Assembly: GCA_040380025.1 (NCBI GenBank)
Contig: JBEIJY010000004.1
Coordinates: 32,001-96,000, forward strand
Direction: 5' to 3'
Source of the DNA: Bdellovibrionales bacterium
GTDB taxonomy: Bacteria; Bdellovibrionota; UBA1018; CAIMNF01
DNA length: 64,000 nucleotides
Below are positions 1-7,867 of the stretch, one piece after another. Each line of letters begins with the position of its first letter. The first letter of the stretch is position 1. Below the pieces are notes generated by a model. That model had not been told where the DNA came from. It ran no database searches and worked only from the letters and a program-made list of their open reading frames with translations. Both the position numbers and the translations under genes were made by a program.

Positions 1-399
1 GCGCTCGCCCGCGAGGATGACTGGTGCCACGAGGAAGTCTCGTGGTGGCGACCGCCGTACCTGCGAGAGCTTGACTCGATGACGGGCCTGGACCGGAAGA
101 GCCTTCCCTTCAGTTATCTGGTTTTGCAAAAAACACGAAAGCCTCTCGAAGAGGTGCTCCCGGCCCTCCAGGGGGCACCAAAGGACCGATACCGCCTCGT
201 GAGCCCATCCCACTCTCTCAGCAAACGGACCTCGGAGTTTTTTGTCTGCGGCCAAGAGGGAAAACGGAGAGCGCGCATGGACTTGAGCGGCCTTCGGGAG
301 GGGGAGGGAGCTCCGGACCGGGGATCGATCCTCGAGAACACGAAAATCCACGGGGATCCGGCACTTTCGCAGATCACGAGCGCCTCGGTCCTCGAGTGA
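1..399 (+). CDS. Rsm22-like small-subunit methyltransferase family protein, 5'-partial
   Basis: Frame 1 is open from base 1 (ALAREDDWCHEEVSWWRPPYLRELDSMTGLDRKSLPFSYLVL...SEFFVCGQEG). The WCH, FSYLVL and late Cys pattern resembles the Rsm22 C-terminus. Confidence 0.6.
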   Translation, partial: ALAREDDWCHEEVSWWRPPYLRELDSMTGLDRKSLPFSYLVLQKTRKPLEEVLPALQGAPKDRYRLVSPSHSLSKRTSEFFVCGQEGKRRARMDLSGLREGEGAPDRGSILENTKIHGDPALSQITSASVLE

Positions 400-467
400 T
401 CCTCCCGATTGACGCGGGGCCGACTTCAGGGTAAATGAGAGTGGATTGATTTCGGAAAGGATTCATC

Positions 468-725
468 ATGTTTGGCATTTCATTTGAGCACATTGTGATC
501 ATCGGCGTGGTTCTGCTGTTGTTTGGTCCCCGACGCCTCCCCGAGCTCGGCCACACCATGGGAAAAGCGATCAAGAACTTCAAGGATTCGATCAATGGAA
601 TCCAGGAGCCCTCGTACAAGCGCATCCCTGAAACCAATCCGGATTCCGCGACCGTGGCGGGTGCTTCCGTTGCAAACCCCAGCGCCGCTCCGGCGCCTGC
701 CCCTGCCCCCGAAGCCCGTTCATGA
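468..725 (+). CDS. tatA: Twin-arginine translocase TatA/TatE subunit
   Basis: N-terminal TM helix followed by LLLFGPRRLPELGHTMGKAIKNFK; RBS-like AAGGA upstream. Confidence 0.92.
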   Translation: MFGISFEHIVIIGVVLLLFGPRRLPELGHTMGKAIKNFKDSINGIQEPSYKRIPETNPDSATVAGASVANPSAAPAPAPAPEARS

Positions 726-1213
726 CCGGCAGCCTGTTCCTGAATGAATCCGGAATCCGGGAAGTCGTCCGCACCCTCGCGGAGCGGATTCGTACCGATT
801 ATTCGGGAAAAACCTTGGTCACCGTCGGAGTCCTGAAGGGCTCCTTTTCTTTTCTTCCGGACCTGATCCGCGAGCTCCATCTGGATGTCGAGATCGACTT
901 TGTCGGCCTCTCGGGCCACGCGCTCTTGAAGGACCTCTCGCGGAACATCACGGGAAAACACGTTTTGCTCGTCACCGACATCGTCGATACCGGCCGCTCG
1001 ATCGCGTTTCTGCGCGATCATCTTTTGCGTTCGGGGCCGGAATCGCTCGAAATCGTGACTCTCCTTGACCGCGCTCACCGCAGAAAATGCGAAGTTGCGA
1101 TACGGTACGCAGGAAGAGAGGTCGATGACCGCCACTTCTACGGCTACGGTCTCGACCTCAACGAGAAATTCCGGAACCTGCCCGAGCTCCGGGCCGTGCA
1201 GAGGGACGGATAA
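722..1213 (+). CDS. hpt: Hypoxanthine phosphoribosyltransferase-like protein (shortened, atypical motifs)
   Basis: VGVLKGSFSF, KHVLLVTDIVDTG (PRPP loop) and GYGLD...FRNLP motifs; ATGA overlap with tatA. Confidence 0.8.
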   Translation: MTGSLFLNESGIREVVRTLAERIRTDYSGKTLVTVGVLKGSFSFLPDLIRELHLDVEIDFVGLSGHALLKDLSRNITGKHVLLVTDIVDTGRSIAFLRDHLLRSGPESLEIVTLLDRAHRRKCEVAIRYAGREVDDRHFYGYGLDLNEKFRNLPELRAVQRDG

Positions 1214-1227
1214 TTAAACAAAAATTG

Positions 1228-1256
1228 TTGACACGCGGAAACGGACCGCGATAGTT
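1228..1256 (+). promoter_or_regulatory. Putative sigma70 promoter of the Cys/Gly-rich lipoprotein gene
   Basis: Perfect TTGACA at 1228-1233 with AT-rich sequence upstream; the -10 (GATAGT or TAGTTC) is imperfect. Confidence 0.45.
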
Positions 1257-1285
1257 CTCAAAACTATGAATCGAGGTGGCTCGCC

Positions 1286-1759
1286 ATGAAACAGTTTCTG
1301 ACCCTTTCCCTGACCCTGATCGCCGGCTTCGTTGTCGTTTCGTGCGGAAACAACCAGAACTGTCCCGCGGGACAAATCGCCCAAGGCAACACCTGCGTGG
1401 TGGCGACCGCGGGCGGATTCAACAATGGGTTCGCACAAAACGGTCCGAACGGATTTGGCAACCAATGCCCCTCGGGACAATTCCAGACCCAATACGGATG
1501 CCTGACCCAGGACACTTGCCCTCAAGGGCAGGCTTTTTTCCCTCAAAACAGGACCTGCGTGCCGATCATCCAGAATGGCGGAAACGGCGGGTATTACGGG
1601 GGGAATTACGGCGGATACTGGGGATACGGCGGTTACGGTGGATACGGCGGATTCAACTGCCCGGCGGGAATGGGCTTCAGCCGCTGGGTGAACAACTGCC
1701 TTCCGGTGGGTCCCTGCTCGTGGGGCTTGTACTTTTTTAACGGCTCATGCGTGCCTTAG
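1286..1759 (+). CDS. Cys-rich, Gly/Tyr/Asn-rich secreted lipoprotein
   Basis: Signal peptide with VVS-C lipobox; repeated CP[A/S/Q]G[Q/M] units and a GGY low-complexity tract; RBS GAGGT. Confidence 0.8.
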   Translation: MKQFLTLSLTLIAGFVVVSCGNNQNCPAGQIAQGNTCVVATAGGFNNGFAQNGPNGFGNQCPSGQFQTQYGCLTQDTCPQGQAFFPQNRTCVPIIQNGGNGGYYGGNYGGYWGYGGYGGYGGFNCPAGMGFSRWVNNCLPVGPCSWGLYFFNGSCVP

Positions 1760-1801
1760 GTCAAATTTTGCCTGCTTTGGGACGGAATGGGGAGTGCCAA
1801 C

Positions 1802-1829
1802 TTGACACGGCGCAAATAAGGCTAATCCT
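1802..1829 (+). promoter_or_regulatory. Putative promoter for the + strand structured RNA
   Basis: TTGACA at 1802-1807 followed by TAATCCT at 1823-1829, with no credible CDS downstream. Confidence 0.45.
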
Positions 1830-1834
1830 AACTC

Positions 1835-2084
1835 ATTGAAATTAAAGGAAATCAATAAACCAAGACTCTGGCATGAAGCGTGAAAAGGAAAGCACGTGAC
1901 CAGAGCGGCCCGGCAAAGTCCCGGAGCTCATCATGAAACTACCAGAACTCTCCGGGATCTCCCTGGGGCATGCGACCGGAGGTTTTAAGATGGCTCTTAA
2001 ACCACCGGGTAAACCCTTCCTTCTCTCCTTCAACAAGAGAGTCCAAAGCCAATTCCCCGCTTCGGGGCTTGGGCCGCCGGTCAC
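1835..2084 (+). ncRNA. Candidate structured ncRNA (multi-branched, about 190-250 nt)
   Basis: Long-range helix GTGACC..GCGGCCCGG (1896-1913) with TTGGGCCGC.GGTCAC (2069-2084) encloses hairpins 1919-1957, 1976-2008 and 2055-2067. G-U pairs favour the + strand. Confidence 0.5.
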
Positions 2085-2122
2085 AAAAATAAAAATCCCG
2101 GGAGGATTTCTCCCCCCGGGAT
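2085..2122 (-). terminator. Intrinsic terminator (minus strand)
   Basis: Minus strand reads ATCCCGGGGGGA-GAAA-TCCTCCCGGGAT followed by TTTTATTTTT. Confidence 0.8.
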
Positions 2123-2265
2123 CTCTGCAAAAGGGTCAAACCGATCATTCCTTCGATCAAGCTTTCGCTTCATCCATTCCATCGGACAGAACTCGACCGC
2201 AACCACACTTTGACAATTCTTGCTGTGTCGCCTCTTCCATGAAGCGGAATTATAAAACCGATTTG
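2085..2265 (-). ncRNA. Candidate rod-shaped small RNA, about 180 nt
   Basis: Bounded by a TTGACA-16-TACGAT promoter and a terminator. It has an 11-bp closing stem (2256-2266 with 2136-2146), an 8-bp inner stem (2239-2246 with 2166-2173) and four ANGGA motifs. Confidence 0.55.
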
Positions 2266-2270
2266 ATTTA

Positions 2271-2298
2271 ATCGTATCGAACCATTGAGCCCTGTCAA
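2271..2298 (-). promoter_or_regulatory. Sigma70-type promoter
   Basis: On the minus strand: TTGACA (2298-2293), 16-nt spacer, TACGAT (2276-2271). Confidence 0.7.
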
Positions 2299-2367
2299 CC
2301 GCGCGGATGAAAAAAAGAAAAAAAAGATACCCCGCTCCGCGTTCTTATATTTAGGATCAAAGATTCC

Positions 2368-3222
2368 ATGAACGCTGAAATCGCCGCCCTTTGGCCCGGA
2401 GCCTCGGAATCCCTTCTGAAAGCGCTCCACATCCTGACCCGCGAAGGAAAACTGAACGCGGACTCAAGAAGAAAGCTCAAACAAGTCCTGCACCTGACGC
2501 GACTGATCGAGCCGTTTTTGCAAACCACCCTGAAAAAACGCGGACGTTTGAACGTGGTCGATCTCGGAGCGGGAAAATCCTACTTGGGATTCATTCTGTA
2601 TGATCTGGTTTTGCGGGCCCTTCCGGAAGCATCCCTGATTGCGATCGAATCCCGCCCGGAACTGATCGAAGGGTCGAGAAAACTCGCCGAATCGGCCGGA
2701 TTCGAGCGAATGCGGTTTCTTGCCTCCGAGATCGAAGCGGTTTCGAGCAAGGACGAATCTGTCGATTTCGTGTGCACCCTGCATGCATGCGACACCGCGA
2801 CCGATGATGCCATTCTGTACGGTCTTGCGCGAAACACCCACGCCTTCGCACTGGTGCCCTGCTGTCAGGCCGAAGTGGCGCGGGAACTCGAACGCCTGAA
2901 GCGTCCGGCCCCGGGCGATGCCGCACTGGAATCGTTGTTTGCGTTTCCGATCCATCGGCGGGAGTTCGGGAGCCATTTGACGAATGTGATCCGAACGCTG
3001 TTTTTGAGCTCAAAAGGGTACCGGGTCACGGTCACCGAACTGGTGGGCTGGGAACATTCCATGAAAAACGAGCTGATTCTGGCCGAAAAGATCTCGGATG
3101 AGAATCATCCCGAGAGCCTGCGGGCCGGAGAGCGCCTCGCCGGACTGCTGATGCGATTCCCCGCGAAGATGAAATTGCTCGGAAGCTGGACTCGACCGGA
3201 AGTCCGTGATACATCCCTTTGA
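2368..3222 (+). CDS. Class I SAM-dependent methyltransferase (Methyltransf_32-like)
   Basis: VVDLGAGKSYLGF, LHACDTATDDA, VPCCQ and HSMKN motifs. Confidence 0.88.
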   Translation: MNAEIAALWPGASESLLKALHILTREGKLNADSRRKLKQVLHLTRLIEPFLQTTLKKRGRLNVVDLGAGKSYLGFILYDLVLRALPEASLIAIESRPELIEGSRKLAESAGFERMRFLASEIEAVSSKDESVDFVCTLHACDTATDDAILYGLARNTHAFALVPCCQAEVARELERLKRPAPGDAALESLFAFPIHRREFGSHLTNVIRTLFLSSKGYRVTVTELVGWEHSMKNELILAEKISDENHPESLRAGERLAGLLMRFPAKMKLLGSWTRPEVRDTSL

Positions 3223-3244
3223 ACAATCTGAATTTTGCTTTCCC

Positions 3245-3334
3245 GGAGGGGTGTCCGAGTGGTTGAAGGAGCACGCTTGGAAAGCGTGTAAAGGGTCACA
3301 CCTTTCGTGGGTTCGAATCCCATCCCCTCCTCCA
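3245..3334 (+). tRNA. tRNA-Ser (anticodon GGA)
   Basis: Acceptor stem GGAGGGG/CCCCTCC, anticodon arm CACGC-TTGGAAA-GCGTG, long variable arm, GTTCGAATC T-loop, encoded CCA. Confidence 0.97.
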
Positions 3335-3632
3335 TTTTATCTCGTGGCAGCGACGATTCGCTGCAAATTCTAAAAAAAACGAAACAACAACTTAGCGATG
3401 AGGGGTTGCTTAAGTTCATCCAGCAACCTCACGAGAACTCACGCCAAATCACCCCTGTTGCAATAATTTGTAGTCATTGGGTGTAGTAAGCGGGTTCAGT
3501 TAGTCCCGCCTGGCAGTGTTAATGGGGAGAGGTCAACCGCATGTCCGACATCCTTCCCCTCATTGACTGAGGGGGGGGGCTATTTGGCCCGCTCTTTGAC
3601 CGTAGCAAGCCTAACTTAGCCGCTTCTTATTG

Positions 3633-3668
3633 ACCTTTAATTTAGGTTATATTACCCAATAATCAGGT
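3633..3668. promoter_or_regulatory. Tandem ACC-N9-GGT operator-like sites
   Basis: ACCtttaatttaGGT (3633-3647) and ACCcaataatcaGGT (3654-3668), 21-bp period, ending 1 nt before the ATG at 3670. Confidence 0.55.
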
Positions 3669-3669
3669 T

Positions 3670-4020
3670 ATGATAGTAAGTGGCTTATTTGGAAATGAAA
3701 CAGCTGAGAAAGTTCTCCTCTTCATGGAGAACTACGAATCAGGCTATCCACGTCAAATCGCAATGACATTTGAGATGGGCATTAGCCAAACCCAAAACCA
3801 GCTTGAGAGACTTGAGAGGGAAGGGGTATTGGTAAGCAGGCTTGTTGGTAAGACCAGAGTTTATGAGTGGAATCCAAGGTACTCGTTTTTAATAGAACTT
3901 AGGGCGCTTTTAAAAAAGGCCATAGGGCATTTGCCGGAGCCTATATTAGATCGCTATTTTACAGAAAGGATGCGGCCAAGAAGAAGGGGTAAACCCCTTC
4001 CTAAAAAGAACCTTAAATGA
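3670..4020 (+). CDS. Winged-helix DNA-binding protein (putative regulator or antitoxin)
   Basis: LFGNETAEKVLLFM...GYPRQIA...QNQLERLEREGVLVSRLVGKTRVYEWNPRY matches a wHTH pattern; AT-rich codon usage. Confidence 0.8.
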   Translation: MIVSGLFGNETAEKVLLFMENYESGYPRQIAMTFEMGISQTQNQLERLEREGVLVSRLVGKTRVYEWNPRYSFLIELRALLKKAIGHLPEPILDRYFTERMRPRRRGKPLPKKNLK

Positions 4021-4079
4021 AGATCACATCCAAAACCAAAATCGAGGAAATTGCAGCTCTGGTCTGCCAGCGCCTATGA
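4017..4079 (+). pseudogene. Truncated partner gene (20 codons, MKITSKTKIEEIAALVCQRL*)
   Basis: ATGA-coupled to the wHTH gene. The N-terminus resembles nucleotidyltransferase-like partners that usually follow such wHTH genes (from memory, not searched). Confidence 0.5.
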
Positions 4080-4235
4080 CCTCTCCCCAAGAACACTGCC
4101 ACGGTCAAAACTCTCCTCGGCATACCAAAACCTCCTTTGGGCGGAGATATGGATACCCGACAAAGACGCTTTAAAGTGGCTCCGGTGGGAGGAAATTTTG
4201 CAGCGCCGGAGGCGCGAGGTGAATCCCATCCCACT

Positions 4236-5384
4236 TCATTTCTTTTTTTCAACCAAGAGCGACGCGAGCAAGAAACACCCCACAGCCATCTGACCCAATG
4301 TGGACGGCGCCATGCCGAACCTGAAAATCGGCGCAGAACCATAAAGAAAGAGCAAGTAAATGCCTGCCCCGAACACAATTCGCTCATGGAACAAGGATGC
4401 GGAGGACCTCATCCGATGAACAACGAATGCGGTCATCGGGATGGCCCATGCGAATGAATATGCGAATGCCAGGGGGTGGATGACTGCTCCGAACGCAAGA
4501 GCCACGGCAAAAAAAACTCTTTGATTTTGGATGCGCGACCGCAACCACCAGAGATAGCCCGCGCCCGAGATCAAAGCGGCGAGAAACGCTCCCCATCGCG
4601 CGGTCTCATTCTCAGGATTCAAACGGAACAGAAAAAGGAATGAACTGGAAAGACTCTCGCGCGCTCCGGTAAGATTTCCCGTACGAGATCCGGCGGTCTC
4701 TTTGAACATCCGGATCATTTCAAGAACGTCTCCATCGAACCCGAAGATCACGGGTAACGATAAGAGGACAAAAAGAATTCCTGTGCCCAGCACCCATCGA
4801 AACCGGAAAAACTGAATCGGGACTCCGATCAAAGAGAAAAGATTGAAGATCTTGACGCTCAAAGCTGAGATCAGAATGACCAACCCCCTCCCCTGCTTGT
4901 TTCTCAATCGATCGAACCCATGAAGAGAAAGAGCGAGAAGTACCAACTGCACCTGTCCGGACAGGATATTGAAGGTAAGAACCCCATAGGCTAAAACAAT
5001 CGCGATCAGCGGAGCCATAGCAGATCCGGTAGCGAGTGCGCACCACCTCATGACATAAACCAAAGAGGATACTTGCAACAACCGACAAACCACGTTTGAC
5101 ATCGACTCGGGGATCAACGCCAATGGAATGAAAAATGGCGCAATCCAAGGAGGATACTTGAATCCTTCGGCCTGATCGCGGGCAAACGAATAAACAGGCT
5201 CACCATCCAGCAAAAGCCGACCCGTGCGATAAAAAACCCTAAAATCCCCATCTTTTGCCAGAAATGAGTTGGCCACCATAAGCACAAAAATCACGACAAA
5301 AGCGTTCAAAAAAACAATGTCGAGGATCTTGCTCGCACGGGAAGAATCCCGACCGGAGAATCGCTGAAACAAACGAAAAATCAT
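4236..5384 (-). CDS. Glycosyltransferase family 87 / DUF2029 polytopic membrane protein
   Basis: GDFRVFY...FKYPPW...GQV...K motifs with many TM helices. The start at 5384 is ATGA-coupled to the pnuC stop; the longer 580-aa ORF extension is spurious. Confidence 0.8.
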   Translation of the reverse strand: MIFRLFQRFSGRDSSRASKILDIVFLNAFVVIFVLMVANSFLAKDGDFRVFYRTGRLLLDGEPVYSFARDQAEGFKYPPWIAPFFIPLALIPESMSNVVCRLLQVSSLVYVMRWCALATGSAMAPLIAIVLAYGVLTFNILSGQVQLVLLALSLHGFDRLRNKQGRGLVILISALSVKIFNLFSLIGVPIQFFRFRWVLGTGILFVLLSLPVIFGFDGDVLEMIRMFKETAGSRTGNLTGARESLSSSFLFLFRLNPENETARWGAFLAALISGAGYLWWLRSRIQNQRVFFAVALAFGAVIHPLAFAYSFAWAIPMTAFVVHRMRSSASLFHERIVFGAGIYLLFLYGSAPIFRFGMAPSTLGQMAVGCFLLASLLVEKKK

Positions 5385-5959
5385 CGTACGCCCCCGGACT
5401 GATCGCGCGCCATCATCTGCCTCCACGAGAACCAGCCCCAGATCGCCATCAAAAGGAACGCAAAATACACGGCCGATGTGAGGTACAGATTCTTCGAGGC
5501 ATAGAGCGGAACGGCGATAACGTTCACGATGATCCACACCAGCCAGTTCTCGACCTTTCTTGCCATCATGAGGAGCTGACCCCAGACCGAGAACATGAGC
5601 ACGACCGAATCGACAAACGGAAAACTCGCGTCGGTATGAAGATGTAAGAACGAACCGTATAAGCCGGTAAGAGCCACCGATGCGCTGAACTGCAGGGCGA
5701 GAGTCCGGCCCTTCGAGCGGGTGATCGGAAGTTCCGTTTTTCCGGCGCTTCCAAACTTCCAGTTCCAGAGTCCGATGGCTCCGGTCAGAATGAAGAACCC
5801 CTGCAAGGCCACATCGGCATAGAGCTTGACCTCGTAAAACAGCACGGCAAACAAGGCACAGGCCACGATTCCCACAGGCCAGGTCAGAACGTGGTTTTTT
5901 CGTGCCAGATAAACCGCAGAGAGGTTCAACAGGTTCGCGATCGCTTCGAGTGTGCTCAT
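5381..5959 (-). CDS. pnuC: PnuC-family vitamin transporter (nicotinamide riboside or thiamine)
   Basis: TWPVGI, LYAD..LQ, PFVDS and ENWLVWIIVN motifs. Confidence 0.9.
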   Translation of the reverse strand: MSTLEAIANLLNLSAVYLARKNHVLTWPVGIVACALFAVLFYEVKLYADVALQGFFILTGAIGLWNWKFGSAGKTELPITRSKGRTLALQFSASVALTGLYGSFLHLHTDASFPFVDSVVLMFSVWGQLLMMARKVENWLVWIIVNVIAVPLYASKNLYLTSAVYFAFLLMAIWGWFSWRQMMARDQSGGVR

Positions 5960-6008
5960 GAGGCTTCAAGGTATCCAAAAACAGGGTTTTGTGCCAATCT
6001 CGTTTGTC

Positions 6009-6659
6009 ATGATTGCTGTGATTGCCGGTGCGACCGGGCTGGTCGGTTCGAACGTTCTACGACGCCTTCTTCAGGATCCGGCATTCGAGTCGGTCCTTGC
6101 GGTCGCGCGAAAGCCCCTTGCGCTCACGCACCCCAAGCTCAAAGTCGTATTGATTCAAGACCTACAGGAGCTCCCCTCGAAAAAAGACGAACTCCGGGGC
6201 GATGCCTACTTTTGCTGTCTCGGAACCACGATCAAGACGGCGGGAAGCCAAGAGGCGTTTCGACGGGTGGATTTTGATGCCGTGGTGGAATTCGGAAAAA
6301 TCGCGAAAGCCCATTGGGCGCGCAGTTTCGTGCTGGTCTCGGCCGCGGGATCGGACGCGAACTCCTCGATTTTTTACAGCCGCGTGAAGGGCGAGGCCGA
6401 GAGCGCACTGGTGGCGCTCGAGCTCCATCGGCTGGTGATCGCAAGACCCGGACTTTTGATCGGCGACCGGAGCGAAACCAGACCCGCCGAACGGGCGGGG
6501 ATTGTCCTCGCTCGTGCGGTTTCAGGAATCATTCCCCGGGCGATCTGGAAGCGCCTTGCGACCGAGGTCGACCCTTTGGCGCAAATTCTGATTCACGAAG
6601 CGAAAACTCCCGGAACAGGCGTGAAGGTGCTTCCTCCGTCCGAACTCAGCCGTTCTTGA
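6009..6659 (+). CDS. NAD(P)-binding oxidoreductase (YraR/TIP30-like)
   Basis: IAGATGLVG, FCCLGTTIKTAGS and YSRVKGE motifs. Confidence 0.88.
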   Translation: MIAVIAGATGLVGSNVLRRLLQDPAFESVLAVARKPLALTHPKLKVVLIQDLQELPSKKDELRGDAYFCCLGTTIKTAGSQEAFRRVDFDAVVEFGKIAKAHWARSFVLVSAAGSDANSSIFYSRVKGEAESALVALELHRLVIARPGLLIGDRSETRPAERAGIVLARAVSGIIPRAIWKRLATEVDPLAQILIHEAKTPGTGVKVLPPSELSRS

Positions 6660-7188
6660 TCCACTCGGTCTCGAGCTGAATCGACACATCGTCTCCCACC
6701 AGCACTCCGCCCGCCTCGATCGCGGCCGTCCACTCGAGTCCGAACTCCTTGCGACGGAGACGCGCATGCCCCGAGGCCTTCAGGCGAATCACTCCGGATG
6801 CGTCTTTTACGGGCGAATCAAGACCTTTTGCAAAAACAGTGATCTCCCTGGTCACTCCGTGCAGGGTGAGCTCGCCTGGAATCTCGTATTCGTTTTTCTT
6901 CAGGGGCCGGATTCCCTTGCAGTGATAGCGCATGGTCGGGAACCGGGTGATCTCGAAGAATTCAGAGGTCTTCAGGTATTCATCGCGCTTTTCGTCGCGG
7001 GTATCGATGCTCGCAAGCTCGATCACGACTTCGAGCGTGGTTTCTTCTGCGCACTCGGGATGAAACGAGAGCGTTCCTGAGAATCGCTTGAACGACCCAT
7101 GAACCTTCGAGAGCATCAGGTGTTTCACGCTGAAGTTCACGGCAGAGCGGGCGGGATCGAGCGTCCAACGGGTGATCTCTTGGGTCAT
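6646..7188 (-). CDS. YceI-family lipid/polyisoprenoid-binding protein
   Basis: WTLDPARSAVNFSVKHLM, SIDTRDEKRD, GELTLHGVTR and GGVLVGDDV motifs; RBS AGGAG. Confidence 0.92.
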   Translation of the reverse strand: MTQEITRWTLDPARSAVNFSVKHLMLSKVHGSFKRFSGTLSFHPECAEETTLEVVIELASIDTRDEKRDEYLKTSEFFEITRFPTMRYHCKGIRPLKKNEYEIPGELTLHGVTREITVFAKGLDSPVKDASGVIRLKASGHARLRRKEFGLEWTAAIEAGGVLVGDDVSIQLETEWIKNG

Positions 7189-7282
7189 GAAGAGGCTCCT
7201 TGTCTTGAGTCTGGACGATACCGGAATCGAAGAAATCGCGCGCTGATTCTGATCAGACACGGTCGTAAAAACCAAAAAAACC

Positions 7283-7867
7283 TCAAAAAAACAAAAGTAC
7301 GGGGCGCTCCGCCTCGATTCTTACCCGACCGAAGGCCCGATTCGAGAGCCCGTGACTCGAAGCAGGCTCGAGCGGTGTTTTTTCGGTCAGCACATATTCG
7401 CAGGCGCCGGTGAGGAGGATCTCGTTTTTTTCGATGCTTCCGAGCGAAAACACCCCATGATGCTCGATCTCGCCCCGGGTAAGGCACCGCACCCGGCACT
7501 CCCCCCGTTCGTCATAAAACCGCGCCTCGACCGAGGCCCGAACCGAAAGCCAGCGCACGACTTCGCCGAGGTTAAACCATTCATGATCGCGGCGTCCGCC
7601 CAGGAATCCCCATAGGTGAAGCACCCGAACCGAATCGGTGACCTCGTCAAGCGCATGGGCGAGATCGCTCCGGCTCTTTCGGGGAGAAAGATCGACTCTC
7701 GGCCCTGAAGGAAGCTCTCCCTCGATCGAATCGGCATCGCCCACCCAAAGATCAAAGCGCTCGACAAAGCGGACACCGCCGTCGACCGCGATGACGGAAT
7801 GACTCGATAAACTCGCGGGAAGGGCGGGCCCGACCGGGCCCACCAGAACGACTTCGCTTCGGGACAT
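7283..7867 (-). CDS. Thiamine pyrophosphokinase-like protein
   Basis: AVDGG, VGDADS, K..SDL, GGRRDH and GLSN motifs. Confidence 0.8.
   Translation of the reverse strand: MSRSEVVLVGPVGPALPASLSSHSVIAVDGGVRFVERFDLWVGDADSIEGELPSGPRVDLSPRKSRSDLAHALDEVTDSVRVLHLWGFLGGRRDHEWFNLGEVVRWLSVRASVEARFYDERGECRVRCLTRGEIEHHGVFSLGSIEKNEILLTGACEYVLTEKTPLEPASSHGLSNRAFGRVRIEAERPVLLFF

Larger units (their letters stand above)
3315..4240. mobile_element. Decayed tRNA-Ser-anchored islet flanked by an att-like direct repeat
   Basis: GAATCCCATCCC occurs at 3315-3326 (tRNA 3' half) and at 4221-4232; the interval is AT-richer; no integrase is present. Confidence 0.55.

Noticed and set aside
1912..1930. GGCAAAGTCCCGGAGCTC resembling RNase P GAGGAAAGTCC
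   Set aside because: Imperfect match, no matching 3' P4 strand (ACCCGGCTTA-like), and the region is too short.
2157..2240. 27-codon minus-strand sORF (MEEATQQELSKCGCGR...)
   Set aside because: No Shine-Dalgarno and the start codon is buried in a stem; kept only as an alternative to test.
1933..2271. 112-aa ORF across the structured intergenic region
   Set aside because: No RBS, atypical codon usage, and it runs through hairpins and a terminator; the RNA interpretation fits better.
3331..3331. U73 discriminator in tRNA-Ser(GGA)
   Set aside because: Less common than G73 but known in bacterial tRNA-Ser; not evidence of recoding.
5385..5978. N-terminal 200 aa of the 580-aa ORF 4236..5978, suggesting a fusion
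   Set aside because: It overlaps pnuC in another frame; the real GT87 start is the ATGA-coupled ATG at 5384.
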